Source of the DNA: Bdellovibrionales bacterium
GTDB taxonomy: Bacteria > Bdellovibrionota > Bdellovibrionia > Bdellovibrionales > UBA1609
DNA: 64,000 nucleotides
Direction of reading: 5' to 3'
Assembly (NCBI GenBank): GCA_041690295.1
Contig: JAWLHR010000001.1
Location: 160,001-224,000 of the forward strand
Shown here: positions 1-10,760 of the stretch, piece by piece
Numbering within the stretch: the first letter of the stretch is position 1
How the letters are laid out: the number at the start of each line of letters is the position of its first letter
The notes under the pieces: model-generated
What the model was told of the DNA's origin: nothing
Seen by the model: the letters and a program-made list of their open reading frames with translations, nothing else
Databases searched by the model: none
Made by a program: the position numbers and the translations under genes

Positions 1-142
1 AGAAGGCGCGAAGGCGATTGGCAGCCGGGCGATCGCGGTCGAATTCGGTTACACACCATTGGAGGACCTGATGGCGCAGGGAGCTTGGGCTTCAATCACC
101 GACTATGGCGAGCTGCGCCCCTTGATTGAGTCCATAACATAG
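1..142 (+). CDS. 3' end of a probable HAD-family hydrolase (phosphoglycolate phosphatase-like), truncated by the window edge
   Basis: Frame from base 2 reads EGAKAIGSRAIAVEFGYTPLEDLMAQGAWASITDYGELRPLIESIT to TAG at 140-142, resembling the Gph C-terminus (A..AG...IxVxxGY...L...GA). Confidence 0.6.
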   Translation, partial: EGAKAIGSRAIAVEFGYTPLEDLMAQGAWASITDYGELRPLIESIT

Positions 143-225
143 TGCTTCCCTAATGCTGCAAATTTGACATTAACTGAGTGTTAACGCTACACAACAAAGA
201 CCGCCTAAGAGAGGGCTTAATAACA

Positions 226-1929
226 ATGGCTGCCGATACGTTAATTCAGATCCGCGACCTCGCTGTCGAATTTCGCACCGATGAAGGCATCGTGAATGCC
301 GTTAAGAAAATCTCGTTCGATATTCCCAAGGGCCAAACTGTCGGCCTCGTCGGCGAATCGGGATCGGGAAAAAGCGTGACCTCACTGGCCATCATGCGTC
401 TGATCCCCAATCCCCCTGGTCGGATCACCGGCGGGCAGATTTTGATGGACGGGAAGGATTTGCTCAAATTGAGCGAATCACAAATGCGCCAAGTCCGCGG
501 CAACAAAGTCTCCATGATTTTCCAGGAGCCGATGACGAGTCTGAATCCCGTGTTCACGGTGGGAGATCAGATCGCCGAGACTTTGATTCTGCACCAGAAT
601 TTGTCCAAAGCCGCGGCCTATGAAAAGACCCTGGATCTTTTGAAACAAGTGGGAATTCCCAATCCCCAGGAGCGGATCAAAAGTTATCCGCACGAGTTGA
701 GCGGCGGACAACGCCAGCGCGTGATGATCGCCATGGCCATCGCTTGCGAACCGGATCTGCTGATCGCCGACGAGCCCACGACGGCTCTGGATGTGACCAT
801 TCAAAAGCAGATTTTGGATCTTCTGGCCGACCTTCAGAAAAAGTACGGGATGTCGATATTGTTCATCACCCACGATTTGGGCGTGATCGCCGATATCGCC
901 AATGAAGTGGTGGTGATGTATCGCGGGGACATCGTCGAAAAAGGAACCACGCGCGAAATTTTCAAGAACCCCAAGCATCCGTACACCAAAGGCTTGCTCG
1001 CCTGCCGTCCTTCTTTGGACAAGAATCCGCGCCGTCTTCCGGTCGTCAGCGACTTCATGACTCCTGACGGAAAAGAAAAACCGGTCGACATTGAAATGAT
1101 CAAGCATCAAAAGCAGACCCGCGCGATCTCTTCGGATCAGTCGGTCCTTCTACGTGTCGAAAACGTTAAAAAATATTTCCCCTTGAAGAAGGGCTTTTTC
1201 GGCGGCGTGAAAAACTGGGTGCGCGCGGTGGATGATGTCACATTGACCGTGAGACGGGGCCGCACTCTGGGCCTCGTGGGCGAATCCGGATGCGGTAAAA
1301 CCACTCTGGGACGCACGATTTTACGCTTGGTCGAACCCACTGACGGTAAAATCATTTACGGCGACACCGACATCACTTCGCTGGACCGTAGGGCCATGCG
1401 AGCCATGCGCCGGAAAATGCAAATCATCTTTCAGGATCCCTACGCCTCATTGAATCCGAGGATGACCGTGGGCGCGGCCCTGATGGAGCCGATGATCATT
1501 CACGGCCTGGGTTCTTCCCGTGAGGAGCGCCTGGAAATGGCCGGCGAGTTGATCAAAAAAGTCGGACTCGACCGCGGCATGCTGAACCGTTATCCGCATG
1601 AATTCTCCGGTGGTCAGCGCCAGCGGATTTGTATCGCGCGCGCTCTCGCGGTGAAGCCGGAATTCATTATTTGCGACGAATCCGTGTCCGCTCTTGACGT
1701 GTCGATTCAGGCGCAGATTCTGAACTTGCTGCTCGATCTTCAAGAGGAGATGAATCTGACGTACGTCTTCATCTCGCACGACTTAGCGGTGGTGAAATTC
1801 ATCTCTGACGAGGTGGCAGTGATGTATAACGGCAAGGTCGTCGAAATGAACGATGCCATCGGCATCTACGAAAATCCGCAGCATGAATACACCAAGAAAC
1901 TTCTGAGCGCGATTCCGAAAGGTTTATAA
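226..1929 (+). CDS. Peptide ABC transporter ATP-binding protein with two fused ATPase domains (YejF/GsiA-like)
   Basis: Two Walker A motifs ([16 protein letters not shown]), two LSGGQ/FSGGQ signatures, HPYT motif; ATG 226 follows a GAGGG SD. Confidence 0.93.
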   Translation: MAADTLIQIRDLAVEFRTDEGIVNAVKKISFDIPKGQTVGLVGESGSGKSVTSLAIMRLIPNPPGRITGGQILMDGKDLLKLSESQMRQVRGNKVSMIFQEPMTSLNPVFTVGDQIAETLILHQNLSKAAAYEKTLDLLKQVGIPNPQERIKSYPHELSGGQRQRVMIAMAIACEPDLLIADEPTTALDVTIQKQILDLLADLQKKYGMSILFITHDLGVIADIANEVVVMYRGDIVEKGTTREIFKNPKHPYTKGLLACRPSLDKNPRRLPVVSDFMTPDGKEKPVDIEMIKHQKQTRAISSDQSVLLRVENVKKYFPLKKGFFGGVKNWVRAVDDVTLTVRRGRTLGLVGESGCGKTTLGRTILRLVEPTDGKIIYGDTDITSLDRRAMRAMRRKMQIIFQDPYASLNPRMTVGAALMEPMIIHGLGSSREERLEMAGELIKKVGLDRGMLNRYPHEFSGGQRQRICIARALAVKPEFIICDESVSALDVSIQAQILNLLLDLQEEMNLTYVFISHDLAVVKFISDEVAVMYNGKVVEMNDAIGIYENPQHEYTKKLLSAIPKGL

Positions 1930-1937
1930 AGCGCTAC

Positions 1938-2681
1938 ATGTTCGTAAAGCGATCCGACGGGCCCACGACAAGTTTCAAAGAAGAAGCGTTCGGGCTCGGT
2001 GAACTCTCGGCCCGGAACAAAATCCGCTGTGTGAAAGTGATCGCGTTCGACCAGCGCTCCATCACTCTCGAAAAAATCGAAACCGAGCCGCCGACCAAGG
2101 AATTCTGGCGAACGCTGGGGAGCCAATTGGCTGACCTTCATGATGTGCGGCTCGACTACTACGGCTTTGAAATCGATAATCACATCGGGGCCACTCCCCA
2201 ACCCAATCCGAAAATCCCGGTCAGTGAAATCAGTTGGGCCGATTATTTTCTGAAGCATCGCCTTGAATACATGTTAGGCCATTCTCGACTTAAGTCAGAA
2301 ACCGAATTGCACCGGCTTTACGCGAAAGCCAAAGACGCGATCCATCGCTCTCTGTCGACCGTTAATGAGGCCCCTTCGTTGGTGCACGGTGACCTTTGGA
2401 GAGGAAATGTCTTGTGCGCGAAAGGCCAAATCCCCGTGTTGATCGACCCGGCCCCTTATTCAGGTCACCGTGAAGTGGACGTGGCGATGACGGAACTTTT
2501 CGGCGGATTCGATCCTGAATTTTACGCGAGTTATAATGAACGATTGCCTTTGGCGGCCGGATTCGATGCGCGAAAGCAAATCTATAACCTTTACCATCTA
2601 CTCAATCACTGGATTTTATTCGGAGAAACCTACGCCGGCCAGACGCTCAACCAGTTCCGACACCTAAATCTTACCTCCTGA
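1938..2681 (+). CDS. Fructosamine kinase family protein
   Basis: YGFEIDNHIGATPQPN, PSLVHGDLWRGN, LIDPAPYSGHREVDVAM, YNLYHLLNH motifs. Confidence 0.9.
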   Translation: MFVKRSDGPTTSFKEEAFGLGELSARNKIRCVKVIAFDQRSITLEKIETEPPTKEFWRTLGSQLADLHDVRLDYYGFEIDNHIGATPQPNPKIPVSEISWADYFLKHRLEYMLGHSRLKSETELHRLYAKAKDAIHRSLSTVNEAPSLVHGDLWRGNVLCAKGQIPVLIDPAPYSGHREVDVAMTELFGGFDPEFYASYNERLPLAAGFDARKQIYNLYHLLNHWILFGETYAGQTLNQFRHLNLTS

Positions 2682-2706
2682 GCTTAACCGTTTTATCCTT
2701 TTAAAG

Positions 2707-3579
2707 ATGCGCCACCTTCTCGTTTTACTGGCTTTCATGTCAGGCTTATCGATCACATCGGCCTTCGCGCAGTTAAGTGGAGAATCACCGGAACTGGAAG
2801 AGTCGACGTTACGGCCGGAAAAAACCAAACGTAAGCTCGCGCCCCATCTCGGGCATAACGTCTCGGCGACAACCTACGTGCTTTCCCAAGGGGATTGCAC
2901 GATCGGGATTCAGGTGGCGGCCTGCGGTTTAACGAACCGATGGACTTTAGCGACGGTGCCTTGGCTTTATGTGAACTACAACACCTGGAGTGTGCTCAGC
3001 CGCTTCCGGCTCGTCACCTATCCGGAAGGCGGCAATTGGACGATGCAACTCGGGTATTTCAAAAGCTTTCCCGAAGCGCGAAGTGACAAATACGTCACCT
3101 ACCCCTACGACTTCGAGGCCTATTGGTTGCAGTTCATCCGCGCTTATCCAATGGCCCGCCACTACCGAATCTATTTCAACGTCGCCACCAACTATTACGC
3201 CAATGACCGGCGGCCCTTTTCCCTACGAAGGCCGATCGAACGCCGCAATCAAAGCCAGATCAACCTCACCACCTTGCATGAGGTGGCTTTAATCAAGCGC
3301 TGGTACATCATGGGTGAAATCGGGCTGCTCGATGTGGCTCAACCCATCCAGCACGTGCACGTGGGCGCTTCCTTCGGTCGCTCGGGTTTCTACTATGAGT
3401 GGCACCTGGGGTTTTCCTTGACGGCCACGCCGCTTGCGCTCTTCAACCCGCGCTCACGGCGCGATTATCAGCAGGAATTGCGCGACACCGAGCACGGCTT
3501 TGAAACGCATCTTGATCGCGAAAAGACCAAGCGCGATTACGCCATCCACCCCGAATTCACAGTGCAATTATTTTTCTAA
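2707..3579 (+). CDS. Hypothetical exported protein, probable outer-membrane beta-barrel
   Basis: Signal peptide ending AFA, aromatic-rich alternating segments, C-terminal TVQLFF. Confidence 0.6.
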   Translation: MRHLLVLLAFMSGLSITSAFAQLSGESPELEESTLRPEKTKRKLAPHLGHNVSATTYVLSQGDCTIGIQVAACGLTNRWTLATVPWLYVNYNTWSVLSRFRLVTYPEGGNWTMQLGYFKSFPEARSDKYVTYPYDFEAYWLQFIRAYPMARHYRIYFNVATNYYANDRRPFSLRRPIERRNQSQINLTTLHEVALIKRWYIMGEIGLLDVAQPIQHVHVGASFGRSGFYYEWHLGFSLTATPLALFNPRSRRDYQQELRDTEHGFETHLDREKTKRDYAIHPEFTVQLFF

Positions 3580-3582
3580 TGG

Positions 3583-4080
3583 TTAATCACGGGCCAAGTG
3601 GATCAGCGTGTTCACGGTCCGCTTCACTTTTTCCAAATCGAAAGGTTTTTTGATGTAGTCGTCAGCACCCACCTCGAACCCGCGCTTCACATCGTCGTCG
3701 CCCACACGACCGGATAAAAAGACCATTGGGATGCTCTTGAGATCGGGATGGGATTTCATCATCTCCGCCAGCTCAAAGCCGTTGATCCAGGGCAATCCGA
3801 CATCAAGTAAGATCAAATCCAAAGGTGCGTCATCCAACACCGAGGAAAGCTGCGTGCCATCGGCCGCCGCCAAGACCCGGTAACCATCACTTTCGAAGGC
3901 GCGCTTCAGCGCCGCACGTATGGTTTCATCATCCTCGATCAGGAGAATCGTGCGTTGGATTTTTCGCTCACGTAATTTACGCAGATCATCCATGGCGACC
4001 ACGTCTTCTTTCGCCATTCGTTCTTTGGTGAGCTTCTCAATCTTTTGAACCAGATCCTTGGTGTTAAGTTTCTTCGGCAC
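3583..4080 (-). CDS. Response regulator receiver protein with a charged N-terminal extension
   Basis: IEDD, LLDVGLP (phospho-Asp), KKPF; GTG start overlaps the trxB stop. Confidence 0.88.
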   Translation of the reverse strand: MPKKLNTKDLVQKIEKLTKERMAKEDVVAMDDLRKLRERKIQRTILLIEDDETIRAALKRAFESDGYRVLAAADGTQLSSVLDDAPLDLILLDVGLPWINGFELAEMMKSHPDLKSIPMVFLSGRVGDDDVKRGFEVGADDYIKKPFDLEKVKRTVNTLIHLARD

Positions 4081-5018
4081 TAGTCATGCCCCTGGGCTTC
4101 CAACCACCGCTCGCAATCGATGGCGGCCATGCATCCCGTGCCGGCGGCCGTGATCGCTTGCCGATAAACCGGATCCTGCACATCACCGGCCGCGAACACT
4201 CCATCAACTGAGGTGTAGGTCGATTTGTTTTTGGTGAGAATGTAGCCGACTTCGTTCATGTCGAGCTGGCCTTTGAATAATTCGGTGTTCGGTTTATGTC
4301 CGATGGCGATGAAAAGCCCCTCGACTTTCAATTCATTCTGTTTTCCGGTTTGGTTATTCTTAAGCATGATGCCCGTGACGTTTTTGTCGCCCAGAACATC
4401 AACCACTTCGGAATGCCAAATCACTTCGATCTTGGGATTCTTCAAAACCCGCTCGGCCATGATTTTCGAGGCGCGAAATTCACCGCGGCGATGGATCACA
4501 TAAACTTTCGAGGCGAAGCGAGTCAGAAAATTGGCTTCTTCCATGGCGGTATCTCCGCCACCGACCACGGCCACCGGCTGATTCTTAAAGAAAGCACCGT
4601 CACAAGTGGCGCAGGCGGAAACGCCACGGCCCAATAACCGGCGCTCATTTTCCAGCCCCAAGTATTTGGCGGAAGCGCCCGTGCTCACGATCACCGAATG
4701 CGCTTCATGGAGTTCGGTTTCCACCCAAACCTTGAAGGGACGAACTGAAAAATCCACCTTGGTCACGTTGCGGGTGATGAAGCGGGTGCCGAATCGCTCG
4801 GCCTGCTTGCGCATGATCGACATTAGCTCCGGTCCCTGAATGCCGTTTTCGAATCCGGGATAATTTTCGACTTCAGTGGTGGTCATCAGCTGCCCGCCGC
4901 TTTCATATCCCTCGATCATGAGCGGAAAAAGATTAGCGCGAGCCGTGTATAAAGCCGCCGTCAACCCGGCCGGGCCGGAACCGATGATAATGACATTTTT
5001 TACGTTCGAGTCTTTCAC
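4080..5018 (-). CDS. trxB: Thioredoxin-disulfide reductase
   Basis: GSGPAG, CATCDG, GGGDTAMEE, FAAGDV, YRQAITAAG. Confidence 0.97.
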   Translation of the reverse strand: MKDSNVKNVIIIGSGPAGLTAALYTARANLFPLMIEGYESGGQLMTTTEVENYPGFENGIQGPELMSIMRKQAERFGTRFITRNVTKVDFSVRPFKVWVETELHEAHSVIVSTGASAKYLGLENERRLLGRGVSACATCDGAFFKNQPVAVVGGGDTAMEEANFLTRFASKVYVIHRRGEFRASKIMAERVLKNPKIEVIWHSEVVDVLGDKNVTGIMLKNNQTGKQNELKVEGLFIAIGHKPNTELFKGQLDMNEVGYILTKNKSTYTSVDGVFAAGDVQDPVYRQAITAAGTGCMAAIDCERWLEAQGHD

Positions 5019-5695
5019 TTTATCTCCTCAGAATGGGCACGCGGATGCTTGGCGAATATCTTATGGGGAGTCGCTTCGGGGGTCAAAGACCATAGCCAGA
5101 GATCCCGCGCGACGTGCACCGGATCATAGACACCTTGCTTGCGCGGAGCCGCATTGCGCGGAATCATTTCCGTGTCCATATACCCCGGCGAAAACAAACG
5201 TAGGTCCCACATCGGCATTTCGACGCACAAAGTGGAATACAAGCCTTTGAGGGCGTGTTTAGCGGCGCAATAGCTGGCCGCCAACGGATCCGGCTCACTC
5301 TCGGCGACGGAACTGCCCACGAGGATCATCTGTGGCGGCGATGGCTGGCGTGAGAGATGATGCAGGAGCCGCGCGGGAAAGTGAAAATTAAGATCCCAGG
5401 TCCATTCATGGGCCGACCACTTCATCTCGCCGAATTTCCCGTAGGGCCCGCCGCCCGCGATGTAAAACACGCGATGAAAGTTCTTTTCGTCGAGAAGTTC
5501 GAGGACACGGGTTTGATCTTCGGGTCGAGTGAAGTCCGCCACCATGTAATCGAAATTCGCCAACTCAGCTCGCATTTTCGTTAAGAGCGGCTCTTTACGG
5601 CTCACACCGAAAACCTGAGCGCCTTCGTCTGAGGCCACTTTGACAAGGGCGGCGCCAAGTCCACGACTGGCACCTAAGATTAAAACCCGATTCAT
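5015..5695 (-). CDS. Short-chain dehydrogenase/reductase
   Basis: GASRGLG and YCAAK (YxxxK); ATG 5695 chosen as start. Confidence 0.85.
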   Translation of the reverse strand: MNRVLILGASRGLGAALVKVASDEGAQVFGVSRKEPLLTKMRAELANFDYMVADFTRPEDQTRVLELLDEKNFHRVFYIAGGGPYGKFGEMKWSAHEWTWDLNFHFPARLLHHLSRQPSPPQMILVGSSVAESEPDPLAASYCAAKHALKGLYSTLCVEMPMWDLRLFSPGYMDTEMIPRNAAPRKQGVYDPVHVARDLWLWSLTPEATPHKIFAKHPRAHSEEIK

Positions 5696-5742
5696 CCCGG
5701 CTAATTTGCCTAAGGCCTGAAAGTCGCGCAATATGAAAGAGC

Positions 5743-6030
5743 ATGCCCACCATTCGCTTCATCAAGGATCATCCCCCCATTGAAGTTCCCAGCGGCGCCA
5801 ATTTGATGAAATCGCTGCTGGACGCCGGTCTTCCGGTCGCCAGCTCCTGCCACGGGGACGGAATTTGCGGAAAATGCCGGATTCACATCGTGGAAGGGGG
5901 TGAAAATCTTTCTCAAATCAACGAGCGGGAACGCCTTCTCCGGGAGCGGCTCCGGGTGCCGGCTGAATTCCGCATTTCCTGCCAAACACAGGTGAACGGC
6001 GATATCGTGGTTGACGCCACTTACTGGTAG
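5743..6030 (+). CDS. 2Fe-2S ferredoxin
   Basis: C-x5-C-x2-C (SCHGDGICGKC) and RISCQ. Confidence 0.92.
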   Translation: MPTIRFIKDHPPIEVPSGANLMKSLLDAGLPVASSCHGDGICGKCRIHIVEGGENLSQINERERLLRERLRVPAEFRISCQTQVNGDIVVDATYW

Positions 6031-6044
6031 GCACGTCGCTTGCG
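6029..6044 (+). promoter_or_regulatory. Sigma54 (-24/-12) promoter candidate
   Basis: AGGCACGTCGCTTGCG: GG(6030-31)-N10-GC(6042-43), near-consensus TGGCACG-N4-TTGC; SD GGAGG at 6062-66 and ATG 6072 follow. Confidence 0.7.
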
Positions 6045-6071
6045 ATATCCTCCACCCGATTGGAGGATTTC

Positions 6072-7370
6072 ATGTTTAAATCGAATTTAGTTATAAATTG
6101 GACGACTTTCGTCCTAGCATCCGGACTCATCTCCTGCGCTTCGGACAAATCCGACAAGGTCACTAAGGATGTATTTATTGCGCCGGCTCCGAAGATTGTA
6201 AAAAAAGAGGGCGCCGTTAGCCTTAAACAGTGGGACCAGTCCGAGCCGCGATACCTGGACCTACAGGATAGAATTGATCTTAGAGAATCTCGGGCTCAAA
6301 CCGCCATCTTATTTTCAAAGTGCACGCTGGGCGCGCGCCCGGTGGAGAGTTCCCTTCAATTTGACAATCCTGGCGAAATCAAAGTGTTGGAAATTCTTTC
6401 TCCCGAGGTTGTCGGAACGGATCTCAGCAAAACTCAGGTCACCTGCTCCATGGAGATTTCGTTATTAAACAAATTCAATTCGAAGCACGTCTTCATGATT
6501 CACTCCGTGGCGTTAACCGATAATTTCAATGCCGAAGCGAATCTTGAATTCAATAGTCAGTTTTATGCTCGGCCGGGCGCAAAGCTGAAGACGACGGATT
6601 TGGATAATGCTCGGATCCGAGCAAATGAACCTTTGGCCGGAGAAATATCGGTACACTGTGAAAAAGGGCACACAAACAAAATCCCATTCAATACTGTCGT
6701 GCCGATGTCAAACCTTGATTTCATTCGTATGGTGCCGACCGCGGCAAATGTTCACAACCCCTCTGGGCGATTTCCCATTCAAAGTTGTCGGGGCATCATC
6801 ACCGAAAACGGTATTCCAAAACTGATGACTCCCATTTTCGAACTGGAATTCGTTCGCGAACCCATGACCATTGCAACAAGTTACCCACGACCGAATCCCG
6901 CACAGGCCAGGGATTATCTTAAGACCGCTCACCCCTTTGTATTGGCCAAATTTGAAATATCCAATCCCAGCGATTATCCGAGAAATATCCAGTTTAGTAA
7001 AACCGGCCTTAAAGCTTATTTCTCCACAAGTTTTGGACATTCCTTCGAGTTCAATCGGACATTCTTGAGACCGCAGGAGGGAACAATCATTTCAGAAACC
7101 GAGTCACTCGCGATTTTGCAAATCGGCCCCGGAGCGAAGGCCGTTTTTACGTTAGAATACTTGCCACCCGCCAAATGGATTTGCCGTGCAATTCCAAACC
7201 CGTTAGGTAATGGAAGAATCAATTTCAAATACAATGTTTCCCTTCGCGTTCCAAGCGAGATTCAAGTTCAGGAAGTGCTTTCTGATAATTCAATTTACCG
7301 AAACCTGACCTTGAATTCCGGCCAACCCTTTAACTTTGGCAGTGACGGAACCGTCTGCGAATGGCATTAA
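6072..7370 (+). CDS. Hypothetical lipoprotein, AT-richer than its neighbours
   Basis: Long ORF, SD GGAGG, lipobox-like GLISC, several Cys; no family recognised. Confidence 0.7.
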   Translation: MFKSNLVINWTTFVLASGLISCASDKSDKVTKDVFIAPAPKIVKKEGAVSLKQWDQSEPRYLDLQDRIDLRESRAQTAILFSKCTLGARPVESSLQFDNPGEIKVLEILSPEVVGTDLSKTQVTCSMEISLLNKFNSKHVFMIHSVALTDNFNAEANLEFNSQFYARPGAKLKTTDLDNARIRANEPLAGEISVHCEKGHTNKIPFNTVVPMSNLDFIRMVPTAANVHNPSGRFPIQSCRGIITENGIPKLMTPIFELEFVREPMTIATSYPRPNPAQARDYLKTAHPFVLAKFEISNPSDYPRNIQFSKTGLKAYFSTSFGHSFEFNRTFLRPQEGTIISETESLAILQIGPGAKAVFTLEYLPPAKWICRAIPNPLGNGRINFKYNVSLRVPSEIQVQEVLSDNSIYRNLTLNSGQPFNFGSDGTVCEWH

Positions 7371-8059
7371 CGCGCGAGTTCGGCGTATCCGATCTTAAGA
7401 CCCTGGCGGATGAAGATGCTTTCAAACTGGGTGATGAAGTTGTGAGTGGCGTGCGGCGACCCGTGTAAATCATGGGTTGCCGAAATCACCCGGTAAGGGC
7501 TTTTTTCGAACCTCTCCAAAGACCAATTGAAATAATCCGCGCTATCGGTTTTGAAAAACAATTTTGAACCGGGTCGTTGGATGGCGAAGAGCCGCTCCAG
7601 GAATTCCCGTTGAATCAAACGATGTTTGTGGTTTCTTTGCTTTTCCCAAGGGTCGGGAAAGAAAATAAAAACATCGTTCACTTCTCCCTCGGAGAAAAGT
7701 TCAGGCAATAAATAAGCATTGTATCGGGCCACTCGCGCATTGCGGCCGCCACCGCGGATCACGCGGCGAATGGACTGGATCAGCGGTTTGTATTTAAGCT
7801 CAATACCCAAAACGCATCTTTCCGGATGGTTCAATGCATGGTGAGCGAAATGAAGGCCGTTCCCCGTGCCGATTTCCAAATCCATCGGCCTGGTTTCTTC
7901 CACGCCAAAGGCCTCCGATCGCCAGCGGCCCTTGAAGGTCGGCGCTTTTTCTTCGTCGAACGCCCATTCGGCGAAGTTTTGGTAAAGCGCCTGAATATAA
8001 GCGTTTGGCACGGGAATGGATTTCGTGCGGGAAAGTCGCAGTTGTCCGCTTCGAGACAT
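7367..8059 (-). CDS. trmB: tRNA (guanine-N7)-methyltransferase
   Basis: LEIGTGNG, FPDPW, HKHRL, FKTD, TQFE. Confidence 0.93.
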   Translation of the reverse strand: MSRSGQLRLSRTKSIPVPNAYIQALYQNFAEWAFDEEKAPTFKGRWRSEAFGVEETRPMDLEIGTGNGLHFAHHALNHPERCVLGIELKYKPLIQSIRRVIRGGGRNARVARYNAYLLPELFSEGEVNDVFIFFPDPWEKQRNHKHRLIQREFLERLFAIQRPGSKLFFKTDSADYFNWSLERFEKSPYRVISATHDLHGSPHATHNFITQFESIFIRQGLKIGYAELAR

Positions 8060-8163
8060 GCGGATCAGCTACCAGCATGAGATGCAACGAGTCAAGGCTG
8101 GGTTGCCTCGCTCTTAAGAATCTGAGTATTGGTACCAACAAACCCACACATAGGAGTACCTAA

Positions 8164-9810
8164 ATGCGCCTGGGCCTTGCCGCCTTTTTATTATTGTGGA
8201 CCGCCGCCACTCATGCGGTTCCCATTCAAGGTCATAAAATTCTGATCTCCGGCGCGAGTCCGGAGGCCGTTCAAGCCGGGCGCAAAATCGCATTGGCGGG
8301 CGGCAACGCGGTCGACGTGGCCATCACCGTGGCGCTCACCATGAGCGTGACGTCGCCTTATTTCGCTTCGCTCGGCGGCGGCGGGTTCGCGCTGGTGAAA
8401 ATGGACAAAGATGTTGAAGCGTTGGATTTTCGCGAAGTCGCGCCGGGCGCCACCGGTCCCGATTACTATCTCAAACTCTCCGCGAAGGCTTCCACCCACG
8501 GCGGGCATGCCGTGGCCGTTCCGGGTATTCCGGCGGGATATTTTGAACTTCATAAAAAATACGGCAAGCTTCCCTGGTCGCGTTTGTTCAGCGAACCCTT
8601 ACGACTGGCGCGGCAAGGCTTTCCCGTCAGCGGCGAATGGGTCCGCAAGACAAAGAGACAAAAGGAGAAGTTCAATGCTTCAGGTCTCAAACGCTTTTTC
8701 AAGAAGGGCGCGGTTGATTACAAGCCCGGCGAAATTCTGCGCCAACCGGAATTAGCTAAAGCCCTCAGCCGATTCCGCGATCGCAAAATGAGCGGCTTTT
8801 ACAGCGGCACCGTGGCTGAAGACATCGTTAAAAGTGTGAAGGCCGCCGGCGGAAACATGACCCTCGTGGATCTGAAAAATTATAAAGTTCGCTGGCTGAA
8901 GCCCCTAAGCACCACATTCGAGGGACACACGGTTTTTGTCATGCCACCGCCCAGTTCCGGCGGCGTGCTGATGATTTCCGGATTGAAAATGATCGAGCGC
9001 CTGAACGTGAAGTCCAAAGGCGCGTTGTCGGTCGACGAGTTCCATCTCCTCGGCGAAATTCAGGCGCGCATCTTCCGCGGCCGCGCTTTATTGGGTGATC
9101 CTGACTTCACCGATTTGCCCATCGCCCGCCTGACTTCCGACGCCTACGCCGACGAGTTGGTTAAGTCATTGAATCCCAAAAAAGCCGTCGCCCTTAAGCC
9201 GTTGACGGAATCCGACATGATGGTCACCGAATCCAACGAGACCACCCATCTTTCCGTGCTCGACAAAGACGGACGGGCCGTGGCCATGACTATCACTTTG
9301 AACGGCGACTACGGCTCCGGAGTCGTCTCCGACAAATTCGGTATCGCTTTGAACAATGAAATGGATGACTTCACCACCCGCCCGGGCGAACCCAATATGT
9401 TCGGGCTGGTGCAAGGCATGGCCAATAAGGTCGAACCGGGTAAGCGCCCGCTCAGTAGCATGAGCCCGACTTTGGTGATCAAAGACGGCAAAACCGTCAT
9501 GGCCATCGGCGCCCCCGGCGGCCCTCGAATCATCTCGAGCGTCTTTCAAGTCCTCTACCGTGTACTTGCCCACAAATCCGACGTGGACCTGGCGGTGCAA
9601 GCGCCTCGCGTGCACCATCAATTTCTCCCCAATAAACTCTTCGTCGACGAAGGCCGCTTTTCCCCCGAAATTTTGCAAGGCCTTCGATCGCGCGGGCATG
9701 AAATCGAAAACGGGTGGATGGGTCGCGTTTACCTAGTCAAACTTCGGGATGACGGATTGCTTGAAGGCGCCTTTGATTCCCGGGGCGAAGGATCAGTCGG
9801 CGGTATTTGA
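8164..9810 (+). CDS. ggt: Gamma-glutamyltransferase
   Basis: GGNAVD, DFRE, ETTH nucleophile, NNEMDDF, PGKRPLSSMSP, GAPGG; signal peptide. Confidence 0.95.
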   Translation: MRLGLAAFLLLWTAATHAVPIQGHKILISGASPEAVQAGRKIALAGGNAVDVAITVALTMSVTSPYFASLGGGGFALVKMDKDVEALDFREVAPGATGPDYYLKLSAKASTHGGHAVAVPGIPAGYFELHKKYGKLPWSRLFSEPLRLARQGFPVSGEWVRKTKRQKEKFNASGLKRFFKKGAVDYKPGEILRQPELAKALSRFRDRKMSGFYSGTVAEDIVKSVKAAGGNMTLVDLKNYKVRWLKPLSTTFEGHTVFVMPPPSSGGVLMISGLKMIERLNVKSKGALSVDEFHLLGEIQARIFRGRALLGDPDFTDLPIARLTSDAYADELVKSLNPKKAVALKPLTESDMMVTESNETTHLSVLDKDGRAVAMTITLNGDYGSGVVSDKFGIALNNEMDDFTTRPGEPNMFGLVQGMANKVEPGKRPLSSMSPTLVIKDGKTVMAIGAPGGPRIISSVFQVLYRVLAHKSDVDLAVQAPRVHHQFLPNKLFVDEGRFSPEILQGLRSRGHEIENGWMGRVYLVKLRDDGLLEGAFDSRGEGSVGGI

Positions 9811-10758
9811 TTTCGGCTCTTCCTTGGCGAAATCGTAAACTTCCACGCGGTTGCGGCCGTTGGCTTTGGCGGCATAAAGCGCGCGATCGGCGCAGCGAAC
9901 CAAATGACGGGCATCGATGTCCACTTCATTGGGATTGGCCAGCGCCAAACCCAGCGAAGCCGTGAGCTTCATGGAATCTTTGTCGTTTTGGAATGTGGTC
10001 TCCGCGATTTTACCACGCAACCGATTGGCGAAGGTTTTCGCTCCGTCGAGGGAAATCTCCGTCAGTACGATCAAAAATTCATCGCCCCCGTAACGGGCGC
10101 CGAAATCCACCCGGCGGATATTCGTGCGGATGATTTTTCCAACTTCACTTAAAACGAAACTTCCGAACAAGTGATCGTGTTGGTCATTCACTTTTTTAAA
10201 GTGATCCAAATCCATCATGATGGCCGAAACCGAGCGGTTATAACGGCGGGCGCGCTCGATCTCGAAATCCAACCGCTTATAAAGCGAGCGCATATTGAAT
10301 AGCCCGGTCAGATCATCTATATCGACCAGCTCTTTGAGCCGCTCATTGGCTCGTTTCAAATTGTCATTCAAGTCCTTAATGCGAAGTTGCGAGCGGACCC
10401 GGGACATCAACTCCATCACATCAAAGGGCTTACAAACGTAATCGTCGGCGCCGGCGTCGAGCCCACGAACAATATCATCCCGCATGCAGTCGGCGGAAAC
10501 GAAGATCACCGACACATACTCATCGCGAACGCGCAATCTCGCCAGCGTCTCAATGCCGTTCAGTCCGGGCATGTTCACGTCGAGCAAGACCAAATGCGGT
10601 GACCATTCGTTAAGGATTCTTAGACCTTCATGGCCCGATTCGGCTTGGCGAACCTGATACCCTTCGTACTCGAGGGCCTTGGCCACGATCGCGCGCGTGG
10701 ATGTGTCGTCATCCACCACTAGAATTCGTCTCTGGCTGTTTTCGATAAGCTCGGCCAA
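9793..10758 (-). CDS. REC-GGDEF diguanylate cyclase
   Basis: Receiver domain, DDLTGLFN, RxxD I-site (RRVD), intact RYGGDEF. Confidence 0.93.
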   Translation of the reverse strand: MAELIENSQRRILVVDDDTSTRAIVAKALEYEGYQVRQAESGHEGLRILNEWSPHLVLLDVNMPGLNGIETLARLRVRDEYVSVIFVSADCMRDDIVRGLDAGADDYVCKPFDVMELMSRVRSQLRIKDLNDNLKRANERLKELVDIDDLTGLFNMRSLYKRLDFEIERARRYNRSVSAIMMDLDHFKKVNDQHDHLFGSFVLSEVGKIIRTNIRRVDFGARYGGDEFLIVLTEISLDGAKTFANRLRGKIAETTFQNDKDSMKLTASLGLALANPNEVDIDARHLVRCADRALYAAKANGRNRVEVYDFAKEEPKSNTAD

Positions 10759-10760
10759 CC

